Assembly: GCF_006345805.1 (NCBI RefSeq)
Contig: NC_042997.1
Span: 103,726,001-103,790,000 of the forward strand
DNA from: Octopus sinensis
Lineage: Eukaryota
DNA: 64,000 nucleotides
Direction of reading: 5' to 3'
Positions 1 to 15,279 of this stretch are shown here, piece after piece (positions within the stretch are counted from its first letter, which is position 1; each line of letters begins with the position of its first letter). The translations under genes were made by a program, and so were the position numbers. The notes under the pieces were generated by a model. That model saw only the letters and a program-made list of their open reading frames with translations. It searched no databases and was not told the origin of the DNA.

Positions 1-2079
1 TTGTGCATAGAAATATTGAGGTGGCCTATTTCATGAAATCCCTTAATAGCATGATCTCAAATAAGTTTCAACCAATAACTCAAATAACGTTGAATTATAA
101 CGTCCAGAATATCCCGAATTAATTTAAAATATATTGAAGATTTTCGTACAAGACTTTTGTCTTGCTCCTTCAGAATGAAATGAAATCCAATTTTTCTTTA
201 AATACTCCCGCGTCAAATTTTGCATCATTTAAGGGGGGTCGTAACGCATAAATATTTTCTGTTATTCTTGGTTCTAATTCTTCAAACTTTTTGGGGAACA
301 ATCATCTAATTCATATTTTAGAAAAAATTACAAGTTAAGCTTCATCAGCGATAATATATATAATTTTACAATATTTTGATAATTTCTTGTTAATTGAATT
401 AACTACTCTATAACAAAAAGTTATAGAGAAAATCACAATACCAAATCCCTTCTTAAATAGATTTCATTACTTACAATTTACTGTAGGTACATTAACTGAC
501 AGAATCATTACCGCACTGGACAAACTACTTAGCCGGGCTTGACTTACCTTTAATCTTCCGGGATCGATAAAATAAGTTCCAGTTGAGTCAATACAATCGA
601 TTGCTCCCTCCCTCAAAATTGCTGGTCTTGTACTATAATTTGAAAGAATTATTAATTTACTCTCCCTGTCTGATATTGGCTGATGCTGTTCAGCAAAGCT
701 GAAAATCTATACTAAAAATTGGAATGGACATCTCAATTAATGTTTCATTAGTTATGAAAATTTGTGAGCTGTTGATTATATCGTATATCATGGCTCCTTA
801 TTTAAATTAATTGTAAAGATGACCTTCGGAGGATGTGAACTAAAGAAAGGTTATAAATTGAAAGATACATTTTACAAGGAATTATATGCGTTTTATCCGG
901 CTGCCTACCGATTCAATCATTAACCTCAATCTACTCGTCTAATATCAATATGTTTGCTTTTTTAACATAGACACACGTTTTAGTGCATAATCGATAGAGT
1001 TGATTAAATTAACTTTAATGATCCCTTCGTAATTATTTTAATGACCCAAAGAAATGGCAAGTCTACCTCCAAGGGATTTGAAATTTAAACACTGCAATTG
1101 ATTTTATCTATCGCTTTTACTGATTCCCGGAATTTAGTAATCTACTACCATGAAAAAGAATGTGTGACCACTCTACATGATTCATGATCGGTGAGACAAA
1201 CGATTCCACTTAGCAATAATAATATTTATTTCTTTTTTATATATAGGCAACAGACCAGGAGAAAACATCCGACTATTTCAAACCTAGAACTTAACTCTTA
1301 CTTCTTTCATCGGCAGCCACACCACTCACATGGATGAAAAACAAAAATGTCCCTGGCGTGATCTGAACTCAGACCTTAAAGACATGTAATGGCATACAAC
1401 AAGGCAGTAAAGCATTTTAAACACTTGATTTTTCTCTTGTGACATCGCACATCCTCTACAATAATTATGATAATTGCTTCAAAGTTTGACACAAGGTCAA
1501 GTTTAAAGTAGGTGAATAGTCGTTTCTATCGACACTGAAGTTCACTGGTAGAAAATTTTATTGAAGCAATGAAAGGCGTAGTTAACTGTCTCGTGATTTG
1601 AATTCAAAATGCATAAAGCTGGAACAGATATTGTTAGGTATCTTTTCCTATGCTCTAACAATTAATTAATAATAGATAATGATGATTTCTTTATTGGCTA
1701 TAAGATTCCGTGCTTACATAGAGAACGTTATACATAATCATGATAAATAAATAAATTAATTAAATATTCTTACCCAACCATCTGTATAAGCGGCCTTGTT
1801 TAGTCTGTTCGACGGACACCAACTTTCAACAGTCACCCCGTACCTTCAGATACAACAATCCAAAACAAGGACGGTCAGTGCAGCCGATGTTCGAGAAAGT
1901 AACACAGGTAATATGTGTACTGCATGACCTGTGATCTGGTTGACATGGGTCACAGTGGGTGGGCAGTTCGGAGGGGTGCAATTTATGATTGATCGCGTTA
2001 ACTAGCGAATTAAATACAATTCATCAAGGACCGTTATTAGCGATTCTCTTGTTACCATGGCGGTAGCATTCAGTACATT

Positions 2080-2119
2080 GTAAATAATAATAATAATGAT
2101 AATAATAATAATAATAATA

Positions 2120-2154
<35 letters not shown>

Positions 2155-2430
2155 AATAATAAAAATAAAGAAAATGCGTAAGGATATGTAAATCAGTTAA
2201 AGGGAACACGTCAAAAGAAGAATGAACATGAGGTGTTGAGAGAGTAAGAGCAGAATGTGTGTCTGTGTGTGCGTACATGCATACATCTAGGGGAATGTAG
2301 GAGAAAGAGAGAGGGAGAGAGAGAAGTAGAGAAAGAGAAAGAGAGAGAGATAAAGACAGAGATAGAGAGAGAGACACACACAGAGAGATAAACGGTGAGA
2401 GAGAGAGAGAGAGAGTAAGAGAGAGAATGT
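2080..2430. repeat. (AAT)n/(GAT)n and (GA)n microsatellites
   Basis: Directly visible trinucleotide runs at 2080-2160 and GA runs at 2300-2430; these explain the poly-Y/H and SLSL ORFs. Confidence 0.95.
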
Positions 2431-2849
2431 GTGTGTATATAAGGAGAAAACGAGGTAAAAAACATTGAATAGCTCATCATGAGCTGATGTCGCATCCTGC
2501 CTGCTGCTATATAGTATTTTAACATTAAAGTTACCATAGATACAATGTAAATAATGGCTAAGAAAGTTAATATAACCACCAAAATCAGCAGCAAAGTATG
2601 TTTTGTTTTTGCAGTTTAGTTTAGTCTTTTTCTGTAATTAAATTTTTTCTGAAGATGCATTTATTTTGAACTTCATTGAGATTATTCATTATTTATATTC
2701 TGTATGAAGTCTTTGTGAAAGGTAAATTAAGTAGTGTGGGTGGATGGAATGAGTGGGAATAAATTTGCATTTTATTATGACATGTTAAGTAATCTGATAA
2801 GAAAAAAAATTAAAGAAATATAATGGTTTCTAATAAACGTAAAGCCAGA

Positions 2850-3180
2850 AATTTGGGAGGCTACAGTAATTGGCAGGTACTTTATTTTATCTACTCCGGA
2901 GGGATGGAAAGCAAAGTTAACCTCGGCGGGATTTGAACTCAGAACAACTAAACTAAATCCCGCAAGGAATTTTGTCCTACCCTCTGAATATTCTGCAACT
3001 CCTCCACTAATAATAAGTATTTCTGATTTTGCCACAAGGCCAGTAATTTTGAAGGCAGGGTTGAATCGATCTCTGCATTTGATCCTGTATTCCATTTCAT
3101 CGGTAAAGTTGACCTCAGTGAAATTTGAAATCAGGACGTAAAGAGCCGGAAGAAATGTAATGATAACGGCGGCAGGTACT
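2850..3180 (-). mobile_element. Two degenerate copies of tRNA-derived SINE family A
   Basis: Motifs aaagttaacctcggcgggatttgaactcagaac and aaagttgacctcagtgaaatttgaaatcaggacg match the family A head seen intact at 57049-57282. Confidence 0.75.
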
Positions 3181-3299
3181 GAAAAGAAGAGTCGTTTGTA
3201 ATATCACTACGGAAAAAGAAAAAGAACTGAAAATGGAATTAGGAATAAGACGGCAGTTAGTCATTTTTTAGTGAAAAAAATTTTCATACAATTTTTTGG

Positions 3300-3719
3300 G
3301 GATCTTTTCAGTTTGAACGGCAGTTTTTCTAGCGGTGTCATATGAAATTGTCACCCTTAATTATGACCCCTAGTATCGATCTATTGGATTTCAATCTGTT
3401 TTAGGGTTAGGGTTAGTTAGGGTTAGGGTTAGGGTTAGGGGTGGGGGGAAGGATTAAATAAACCCAATCTGTTTCTTAAACGAGGGACATATTCATACGG
3501 CACAGAATGTTTTTTTTACCTCAATAGACGTCAGTGATTGGTTGAACTTGCAGAAATTGAAGAAAAAAAGCAACAAATATCTTACAAACTATAGAATTTT
3601 CTCAATAAAGCCAAGAGAAAAAGATGTTTTATAAACACATTCTACCAGTATACGATGTTTAAAATTTTTTAGTTACCTAGAAATTATGTTAAAAACTGCC
3701 GTTCAAACCGAAAAGATCC
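3300..3719. mobile_element. Non-autonomous DNA element (MITE-like), 29 bp TIRs, internal (TTAGGG)n
   Basis: GGATCTTTTCAGTTTGAACGGCAGTTTTT (3300-3328) vs AAAAACTGCCGTTCAAACCGAAAAGATCC (3691-3719): inverted, 1 mismatch, T-rich flanks; no ORF. Confidence 0.85.
3401..3440 (+). repeat. Interstitial telomere-like (TTAGGG)n tract inside the MITE
   Basis: Six TTAGGG units with one TTAG variant, followed by GTGGGGGG. Confidence 0.9.
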
Positions 3720-4140
3720 TTTTTTTGTTTTCTGAATACGTGAGAAGCAACAACAACAACGTGGTGAATGCTAGTTGAAGTAAGGGTAATTAGTTTTTAG
3801 GTATTTTCCCATAGTTCATATATATCGTGAACCATGCTATATCCTTTACTCACTCTCTTCCACGTTTTTTCCATTGTACCAATGTTGACGCTTTCCAGAA
3901 GACATACATATTTATATTACATTCCATTATATTATTAATGAATATGTGAGTCTCGGGATTTAAATATGCCTTTTCTAATGCAAATTGTCATCAAAGCGTT
4001 AGTATTACCAGCTTTTATGCAATTCAGTATAAAATAGCAAGTATATAGGCTTTGTAAAAAAAATGTCACATTTACCAGCTGGATAGAAAGAGTGGCAGAT
4101 AATGGATCAATGATGATAAGCGCTTAACTTAACATCGTTT

Positions 4141-4365
4141 ACTACCCACAAGGGGCTAAACATAGAGGGGACAAACAAGGACAGACAAACGGTTTAAGTC
4201 GATTATATCGATCCCAGTGCGTAACTGGTACTTAATTTATCGACCCCGAAAGGATGAAAGGCAAAGTCGACCTCGGCGGAATTTGAAATCAGAACATAAC
4301 GGCAGACGAAAAAACGGCTACGTATTTCGCCCGCCATGCTAACGTTTCTGCCAGCTCGCCGCCTT
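4141..4365 (-). mobile_element. SINE family A, near full length (long tail)
   Basis: Reverse complement of the 57049-57282 copy: tRNA-like head with B-box-like GATTTCAAATTCC, core gcctttcatcctttcggggtcgataaa, tail ccccttgtgggtagt. Confidence 0.9.
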
Positions 4366-4407
4366 CTAACATCTCTTACTACCGGTTGTATATAAATCTT
4401 TCTCTGC

Positions 4408-4752
4408 GAAGGCGCATGGCTCAGTGGTTAGAGCGCCGGACTCATAATCAGGAGGTAGTGAATTCGATTCCCAAAGCGCTGTGCGTTGTGTTGTGCGTTG
4501 TGTTCTTGAGCAAGACATTTTATTTCACTTTGCTCAAGTTCACTCAGCTGTAAAAATGAGTTGCGATGTCACTGGTGCTAAGCTGTATCGGCCTTTGCCT
4601 TTCTCTTGGATAACATCAGTGGCGTGGAGAAGGAAGACTGGTATGCATCGGCAACTGCTGGACTTCTATAAACAACATTGTCCGAACTTGTGCCTCGGAA
4701 GGGAACTTTCTAGGTGTAATCCCATGATCATTCATGACCAAAAGGGGTCTTT
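4408..4752 (+). mobile_element. tRNA-derived SINE family D
   Basis: A box TGGCTCAGTGG, B-box-like AATTCGATTCC, central gtgttcttgagcaagacattttatttcac, tail gccaag/gctaagctgtatcggcctttgcc...catgaccaaaaggg. Confidence 0.85.
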
Positions 4753-5339
4753 AATCTTCATAAATCTTTCACAATTATGCCTCAGGTCTGCTTTATGAGT
4801 TTTCAGGAAAAGAGTAAATCTAGTTTCCAGGTTAATCAGGCACTAAATATGAGCAAAGAGAGGTCAGTGTTTTTAGCAATAAGATGTGTTATTATAGGAA
4901 ATTGGATATTGCTCCTCATTAGATAAACAGATAAAGAACTTTAGCAATACAAGAAGAAAATTGCAAGATTACAATCTAATTGTCATTTATATTTGAAGGA
5001 ATTTTACTGTTTCTAACAGGACACTGTAGTATGTATTAAATAGGACGAATCAGTTTAGGAGATAAAAAGGGTTTCAGTAGAGACAAACTCTGTCATCTTA
5101 AAGGTGTTTCAGTGAAGATTTTAGGTCTTTAAATCGTTAGAGATTCAATCAACATGAGCTTCCGACAATTTGAAGACCTACAAAAACATACCTACTTTGG
5201 CAGGTTTCTTTTATTACTCTATGTGTACTTCGTGACCTTAAGTATCTAGAACATTGAAAGGAAAATTGAATTGCATGTTGTCTTTGCAATTTTCTCTTTA
5301 AATTTATAAGAATGCACTTGGAATTCTAAATACTGATCA

Positions 5340-5482
5340 TACCTCATGCAATTTGAATTTTTAATCATGTTATACAATTACATATACATATACATACACA
5401 CACACAGATATAATTATGTATATATAATATATATAATTGGAAATATGTATATTCATATATATATATATATATGTGTGTGTGC

Positions 5483-5535
<53 letters not shown>

Positions 5536-6361
5536 GTGTGTGTGTATGTACATATATATCCAGAAATGTATATGTATGTACGTATATATGTATATAAATT
5601 TGTTAGTGGTTAAAGAAAGAAGTATTTTGATTCGATCCAATCTACGACCATATAATAAGGTCAGCAATGAAGGAAAGAAAATATATATATGTACGTGTTT
5701 TCTTTTTCTTTTGAGTCTAATTTAAGTTTGTCGTAAGACAGTTCAAGCCGGTCACTAACAAAGCGACATGACTTTTTGAGTTAAGAGAGTTACCAGTGTA
5801 TGTATGTATGCATGGATTGATGGGTAGTTGTATATACATACATACATATTATATGTATGTATGCATGTATCTATGTTATGTATGTATGTATGACAGAATA
5901 AAAAAAAAAGAGAAAGGAGTAACTTTTTGGAAAACCAAATAATGTAAATCTCGTGTGTTGCACGGAATGACATCAGTCTGTTGCTAAAATTCAGCCTGGT
6001 CGAGAGTGTCTGTCAGTGGTTGTTTTATTTTCTTGGCTTCACTGAACTGTTGTGACTAGAAGAAACGGCTGATTGTATTCTGCATCTTTTCTCAACATAT
6101 ATATGAATGTGTGTGTATGTATGTATATATGTATGTATGTTTCTATGTATGTATGTATGTATGTATGTATGTATGTATGTATGTATGTATGTATGTATAT
6201 AGTATGTACGTATGTATGTATACACACAAGCATATCTATACACATATATATATATATTTATTTATGTGTGTGTATACATGTATATACATATATATGTATC
6301 TATATATGTAGATATATACATATATAGATAGATAGATAGATATAGATATATATATATACAT

Positions 6362-6402
<41 letters not shown>

Positions 6403-6442
6403 TATATATATATACATATATCTATATACATACATACATATG

Positions 6443-6488
<46 letters not shown>

Positions 6489-6510
6489 TATATATTATAT
6501 ATATATATAT

Positions 6511-6541
<31 letters not shown>

Positions 6542-6765
6542 TAGATAGATAGATAGATAGATAGATATATGTACGTACAGATATAAATATGTGTATATAA
6601 TATGTATATATACATGCATAACTATATATATATACATATATCTATATACATACATACATATGTATATATATACAAATATATACACACACATATATATATA
6701 TATATATATACACGCGCCCACGCACACACCCTTACACACATACACACCCATATATGTATACCTAC
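5340..6765. repeat. Compound (TA)n/(TATG)n/(CA)n/(ATAG)n microsatellite blocks
   Basis: Directly visible at 5340-5600, 5800-5890 and 6100-6765. Confidence 0.95.
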
Positions 6766-7349
6766 ATCGCTAGCTGGTGCTTGCAATGTTGCTGTTGTTG
6801 TCATCGCCATTACATTTGTTGTTGTTGCTGTTTCCGTGGTTTGTGATGGACATGGCGCTGTTGTTTTTGTTTGTTGCTGTGGTGTGGGTGGTGGTATTGT
6901 CGTCGATGGTGAAACTGGTCTATTGTGGCGGCAGCGGCAGTGATAGCTGTAGTGAATGTAGTGTTTTTTTGTTTTTTTCATTATATTCTTTCTTTTATTT
7001 ATTTACTTACTTCATCTATTATATTATTATTTGTTTTGTTTTTTGTTATTGTTTTCCACTTGCTTTCTCGTGTTGTCAACTACCTGATGCCATCAATGTG
7101 TCCGTCGTTTAAATAGAAGCAGACGCAATAATGAAACTTCCATTGGTTAGGTCACAGAAGTCACCTGAACGATAACTCAAGAAAACACGTCTAAGGACAT
7201 TCTCGACAGGTAAACATACCTGAGAGAAGAATAAGGAAAAGGACGAGAGGAGGCGGGTGTCCGGGGAGATTAAAGGGTGGAGTGGGTTTATAGGTGGCGA
7301 GGAGGAAGGACAAGAAGACAAGGCGTAGGTTTTTAAGGAGGTGTGTGGG

Positions 7350-8600
<1,251 letters not shown>

Positions 8601-8900
8601 GGATGCATGTTTGTTTGTCAATACATGCAATACAGCAATTCCGTTTTTGTATCAAACAATATATTACTTATCATTGCGTTACTATCAGTTTCGCGTAGAA
8701 TATTATCATTAAACAATTTTGAATTTCCTTCAATATAATTTATTGGCAATAATCGATAAGGAACTCAATGTGCCACGCTGATCAGTCATATGTCCTCACT
8801 AATTTGACAATACAAATACACACAGACAACCAGTTTTTATATATTTATGCGCATATATATATATATATATATAATATATGTGTGTGTATGTATATATATA

Positions 8901-8952
<52 letters not shown>

Positions 8953-9065
8953 GTATCTGTGCGTGTATATATACACATGCACACATGTATGTACACATGT
9001 ATACATATGTATATATGTATATATATATATATTATATATATATATAATATATATATATATATGTG

Positions 9066-9097
<32 letters not shown>

Positions 9098-9114
9098 CGA
9101 TATTATCCAATGGA

Positions 9115-9276
9115 AAGGTAAAGACCGATAAAGGACGTCGCAACTTAATTCTACAGCTGAGTGAACTGGGGCAACGTGAAATAAAATATCTTGCTCAAGA
9201 ACACGACACAGCCCGATCGAACTTACTACCTTATGATTGTGAGCCCGACGCTCTAACCACTGAGCCATACGTCTTC
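9115..9276 (-). mobile_element. SINE family D, 3'-truncated (second copy at 11089-11250)
   Basis: Minus strand GAAGACGTATGGCTCAGTGGTTAGAGCGTCGGGCTCACAATCATAAGGTAGTAAGTTCGATCG; matches the 4408 copy. Confidence 0.85.
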
Positions 9277-9549
9277 AATTGCTTTAAATACAGAATGCCA
9301 AATTGAATAACATAGTTTCTGATAAACAGAAAGATGAGATAATCATGAGTGTAACGCCTCTGAGCAAATACTAAATAACAAACGGATTTAGTTTTAATTT
9401 TGGGGTTGAGTCATCTCGACACAAACCAGCAATTATTGTAGCTATAATTTATTAATATCATATCTAATGTATCTCAACATATATTTAGAAAATGTAATAG
9501 CTTTTATAGAAATTCTGCGAATCATCTACGACAAATACACATCAAAAAT

Positions 9550-9580
<31 letters not shown>

Positions 9581-9611
9581 GTATATGTATATATGTATAT
9601 ATAAACGTCGC

Positions 9612-9891
9612 CGTTTTCAAGCCTAGTCAGACTCATGGGCCCGGTTTCCTGGTTTCTGTGGCGTATGTGTTCCCCTCACTTGGACGGAACGCCAGTCGAT
9701 CGCAGCGTTACTCAAGAAACAGGAAAAGAGAGTGAGAGAAAGAGTACGACAGTGGTCGCCACCACCCCCTGCCGGCGTCTCGTGGAGCTTTTAGGTCGTT
9801 TTGCTCAATAAACACACACAACGCCCGGTCTGGGAATCGAAACCGCGATCTTCCGAGAGTCCGCTGCCCTAACCACTGGGCCATTGCGCCT
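9612..9891 (-). mobile_element. tRNA-derived SINE family C
   Basis: Minus strand GAGGCGCAATGGCCCAGTGGTTAGGGCAGCGG...GGTTTCGATTCCCAGACCGGG (A and B boxes); homologous to 58331-58629. Confidence 0.88.
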
Positions 9892-10857
9892 CTCTCTCTC
9901 TCACACACATACATACACACATATATATACATATATATGTGTGTGTGTATATATGTATGTATATGTATATGCCTATTTGTCTATTTGTCTATGTATGAAT
10001 GTATGTATATATATATATATATATTTATATGTGTGTGTGTGTGAATGTATGTATGTATACACACACACACGCATAATACCAGTTTCATTCAGGTTTTAAT
10101 GCAGCAACACTCTTTAGTTCGAAAGCCGGTAAAAGAATTATAAATTTATATAATAAAACGATTTGCTCACTTTGCTCTCCTTGTTAATAATTATAAGCAG
10201 AACCCAAATGCAGTGACTGCATATATATAGCGGCAGTGGATGTGTAAACCTTATCGTCTCAAGGGCTAGGTTTGTCAGCCAACTAAAGTCACATGAGGCC
10301 GAGGTAAATCCAGCTCCTTGCGAGATGGTTGCACCGTCACGCAACTACGGTGGGTTTGTACTGAAAAGAGAAATAAATGTCACATCTGTGAAATTTTCCG
10401 CAGAATGAAAGATAGGCTGCAAAGCCACCTGCATGTACTTGTTTGTGCAATGTTCATTGAGGACATGGCTCTTTTCTGACAAGTAGTTGCAATCAGAACA
10501 CACACACATATATGTGTGTGTTTGTGTCTGTGTGTGTGTGGCGTGTGTGCGCGTGTAGTGTGTTTGTGTGTGTATGTGGATGCATGTTTGTTTGTCAATA
10601 CATGCAATACAGCAATTCCGTTTTTGTATCAAACAATATATTACTTATCATTGCGTTACTATCAGTTTCGCGTAGAATATTATCATTAAACAATTTTGAA
10701 TTTCCTTCAATATAATTTATTGGCAATAATCGATAAAGAACTCAATGTGCCACGCTGATCAGTCATATGTCCTCACTAATTTGACAATACAAATACACAC
10801 AGACAAACCAGTTTTTATATATTTATGCGCATATATATATATATATATGTGTGTGTG

Positions 10858-10899
<42 letters not shown>

Positions 10900-10978
10900 A
10901 TACATATGTATCTGTGCGTGTATATATACACATGCACACATGTATGTACACATGTATGTACACATGTATACATATGTA

Positions 10979-11061
<83 letters not shown>

Positions 11062-11919
11062 TGGTGTTATTCGATATTATCCAATGGAAAGGTAAAGACC
11101 GATAAAGGACGTCGCAACTTAATTCTACAGCTGAGTGAACTGGGGCAACGTGAAATAAAATATCTTGCTCAAGAACACGACACAGCCCGATCGAACTTAC
11201 TACCTTATGATTGTGAGCCCGACGCTCTAACCACTGAGCCATACGTCTTCAATTGCTTTAAATACAGAATGCCAAATTGAATAACATAGTTTCTGATAAA
11301 CAGAAAGATGAGATAATCATGAGTGTAACGCCTCTGAGCAAATACTAAATAACAAACGGATTTAGTTTTAATTTTGGGGTTGAGTCATCTCGACACAAAC
11401 CAGCAATTATTGTAGCTATAATTTATTAATATCATATCTAATGTATCTCAACATATATTTAGAAAATGTAATAGCTTTTATAGAAATTCTGCGAATCATC
11501 TACGACAAATACACATCAAAAATTACTTTGCATCTATCAACTCCAGTATCAATAACGATGTAGCAGTAATACGGTTCCCTTGTATAAGTACAAACAACGA
11601 TTTTTATACGTCTCAAATACAATGGCAACTGGATTTGAACGTAGATGGCAAGGAGTCGTCGTAACCGATCACTGTAAGGTATTTTGTACCTTGCTTTACT
11701 CATCGAAAACGCTCGCAGCCATACAAATAAGAATTTCACACGATGATACAAACGTAAAAGGTTATCATTCTTGATTTTATTATGCCTATAATAATGACAC
11801 AGACATTCGTATCATCATCTGCTTCAGTGGTTCTCAAGCGAAGTCCATATGGCCTCTGAGGATCCATATAGTCCTTGAGAAGATGCTCAAGCTTTATCAA
11901 CAATGCAAAAGTAAGCAGC

Positions 11920-12898
11920 TGGATTTAAGAGGGAAAGGGAGAGGCTTGAAGATGACTCTAGATTTGGACGTCCAACAACTGCCACCACCAAGGAAAACAT
12001 TGATTGTACTCACCACATGACAACAGATGACAGGCGATTGACTATAAATCAAATAGCCAATACTATAAGCATATCCCGTGAGAAAGTTGAGAATATTACA
12101 CACAATGAACTTTTATCAAGAAGGATTCTGCTCGGTGGGTGCCATATCTTCTGATACCTGATCAAAAGCGCACAAGGCTGATCACATCACGGAAAAATCT
12201 GACATTGTTTCAAGCAGATCAAGCTAGTTTGCTTGAATGTTTCCTAAACCAGGATGAGTGTTGGGGGTCGTCCCTTTGGCCCAGAGACAAAGGAACAATC
12301 CATGAAGTTAAAATACCCATCCTCACCTCCTCCAAAAGAAGGTCAAGGTCATCTCATCAGTAGTGAAGGTGATAACCTCAGTTTTTGGGATGCAAGACGC
12401 ATAGTATTTATTGACTATCTTCAAAAGGGCCACACCATTAATGGATAGTAATATACCAACTTGCTGAGGTAGTTATGAAAGGATAATAAAAGCAAATGGC
12501 CGGAAAAACTGACGGAAGGAGTCGTGTTTCATCAGGACAATACTTCAGCACACCGGACCTTGGTTTTAATGGCTGCTGTTCGCGACTTTGGATTTGAACT
12601 GTTTATCGCCTATCTATTCTCCTGATTTAGCCCCATCTGACTATCATCTGTTCGCCAACATGAAGGAACACTTCGCTGGGAACCAGTATCGCGGTGATGA
12701 TGATATCATATCTGCTATTGATGACTTTTTTTATATATCAACAAAATGAAAGCTTCTCCACCAATGGGATCCAAGCACTGCAACACTTATAGCAGAAATG
12801 TGTGGGCCACAAAGGGAACTGTTTTGGAAAATAAACCTCGTATGATCATATTCCATGAGAGTATTTTGGTGAGCCTGTTAACTTTCAGCCAACCCTCG
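11920..12898 (+). pseudogene. Mariner (Tc1/mariner, DD34D-type) transposase fossil, 5'-truncated, with 3' end
   Basis: Frameshifted translation gives LEDDSRFGRP, RWVPYLL (WVP at 12136), QDECW, FWDARRIVFIDYLQKGHTING, HQDN, YSPDLAPSDYHLF (12615); ends CCCTCG + TA (12893-12900), as in mariner TIR/TSD. Confidence 0.93.
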
Positions 12899-13094
12899 TA
12901 AAACATGATGAGATTTGTAATGTTAGAAGTAAATATACTTCAGCTGTCAGTCCTTGCTTAGTTTTCTACAGTTTACAGGCAGTGTCTCCCGAGCCCTTGA
13001 ACATAACTCACTACTCATCTATAAATGTATCTCGTTGTCGTTGCTCTTATTGTTTAGCCTCATCTCTACCCTGATTTGATTGGGTATACATACC

Positions 13095-13322
13095 TATTTC
13101 TTTATTACCCACAAGGGGCTAAACACAAAGAGGACAGACAAACAGATTAAGTCGATTATATCGACTCCAGTGCGTAACTGGTACTTATTTAATCGACCCA
13201 GAAAGGATGAAAGGCAAAGTCGACCTCAGCGGAATGAATTTGAACTCAGTACGTAGCGGTAGGCGAAATACCGCAAAGCATTTCGCCCGGCGTGCTAACG
13301 TTTCTGCCAGCTCGCCGCCTTA
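13095..13322 (-). mobile_element. SINE family A, full length, with 10 bp TSD
   Basis: TATACATACC at 13085-13094 and 13323-13332 flanks the element. Confidence 0.9.
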
Positions 13323-14252
13323 TATACATACCAGAAGATGGGTTTCAGTTGTAACGATCCTGTATTTACGAACATTAAGAAATGCTCTTTCAAAGAATAC
13401 CATGTCTTTTCTTTGGTTTTGTTTTTGAAATAGAATGGAAATAGGAAAGGTAATTTGGTTGCTATTTCCAGCATGTTAGGTGACTGCGTAGAAACTCTTC
13501 CGTTGATATGCATTAATTTTATTGTCGCTGTTAATATCATCGTTCTATTGCCGTTGTTGTTGTTGATATTGCTACTTTTGTTACTGATGTGGTGTGTATT
13601 GCAGTTCATGTTTTATTACCATAGCGTTTTAAAGAATATAACTGTTTGCAAAAATAGCCTCGTAGACGCCTCTTTAATCGACGGAACTCCATTTAATCAA
13701 AAAGAGGCACTTGATTAAACATGATGAACTTAACAAACGTAATAGTAAATTACTTGCAAACAGGGTTAAAAAAATATATATAAATAAGAATATAAATAAA
13801 CAACTAAAAGAATACTAACACCTTTTCTCGCCAACAAGCATCAGTATCGTTAGAGGAAAAAAAAAAAGAAGTCCCCACCATTATCACCGTCAGTAAGAGA
13901 TTATAAACAACTATTAAAAAGCAAAACCAACATCGACAACAACTTACAATGATGTAAACATATACAAACAGTAAGAAAACAAACAAACATATGTTAAAAA
14001 TCAGTTATATTGGAAAGACGTTATCTCTATGGCACCTTCTTGTCTTTGAGCAAAACTGAAATGAAAAGTAACAACAACGTAATTATTTTTTCAAAAAAAA
14101 AAAATTAATTAAAAACAAATTAAACGGAAAAAAGAAATCTCGGCGTTTTAATAATACTTTTACTTCATCTTTTCGTTTATTTGTTTATAAATGAAGGCAA
14201 ATGTATGTGTATATCTTTACGTGTGTGTGTGTGTGGTGTGTGTGTATATATA

Positions 14253-14348
<96 letters not shown>

Positions 14349-14638
14349 ATGTATATATATATTTGTAGATGTACCTATATATATTTTCATATATACGTAC
14401 ATATACATATACATATATCATATACACAAACGTGTTTGTGTGTGTGTGTGTGCATTCACTTTTAATTTAAATTGAAAATTTTAATTTTAACGAGTTGGGG
14501 AGGGAAATTATAACATTCTTTAAGTTAAAAGTCAAATTAGAAGAGACCGAGAGGGCAAGAACTGATGAATATCGTGTGTGTATGTGTGTGTATGAATATA
14601 CACATATATATATTGTATATATATATATATACAATACG

Positions 14639-14688
<50 letters not shown>

Positions 14689-15279
14689 CATACAATATAT
14701 ATGCATATATATACATACATAGACGCAGACATATATATGAATGTGTGCGTGTAGAAAGACAGAGAGAGGGAGCATAATTGACAAATATTTGTGTAATTGT
14801 ATTAGTATTAGTAGTATCTCTATTAGTCTTGTTAGTGGAGTTGATGGTGATGATGATGGTGGTGATGGTAGTGGTAGTAGTAGGGGTGTTACTGTTGTCG
14901 GTGTTGGCGGTGTTAGTAGTGCCTGCGTGTGATGGTGTCGGTGATAGAGAGATGATAAATGAATGAAACTAATTTGAAAAGCTGTAGTGATTTCGGGCAG
15001 ACATAATTTGCTAGTTGGTTAAATCACTACTAACAATTTCGAAATGACTTGATACTGTTAAGATATCAACAGATCTTATCTTCCCTAAGCTGCCATACAC
15101 AATAAATTGATCAACAATAGATTCTTTTTTTGTATTATTTTATTCAAAAACGAAAACAATAACAAAATTCTTTTGCTTCTACTGCGTCTATTGTTTTTTT
15201 AATTTTTAAAAAGAATTTTATGTAGTGCTGTTTCTTTATTTTTAGTGATAACAATTATAATGATGATGATGATAATAAT

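Noticed and set aside
3401-3440. True telomere or chromosome-fusion scar
   Set aside because: Only six units, enclosed within a TIR-bounded element; no head-to-head CCCTAA.
4408-4480. tRNA-like A/B-box sequences (also 9820-9891, 28759-28830, 57049-57140)
   Set aside because: They continue into shared SINE bodies and tails and lack a complete cloverleaf; these are SINE heads, not tRNA genes.
11826-11860. hAT-like terminus CAGTGGTTCTCAA
   Set aside because: No matching opposite TIR or 8 bp TSD found; too short to support.
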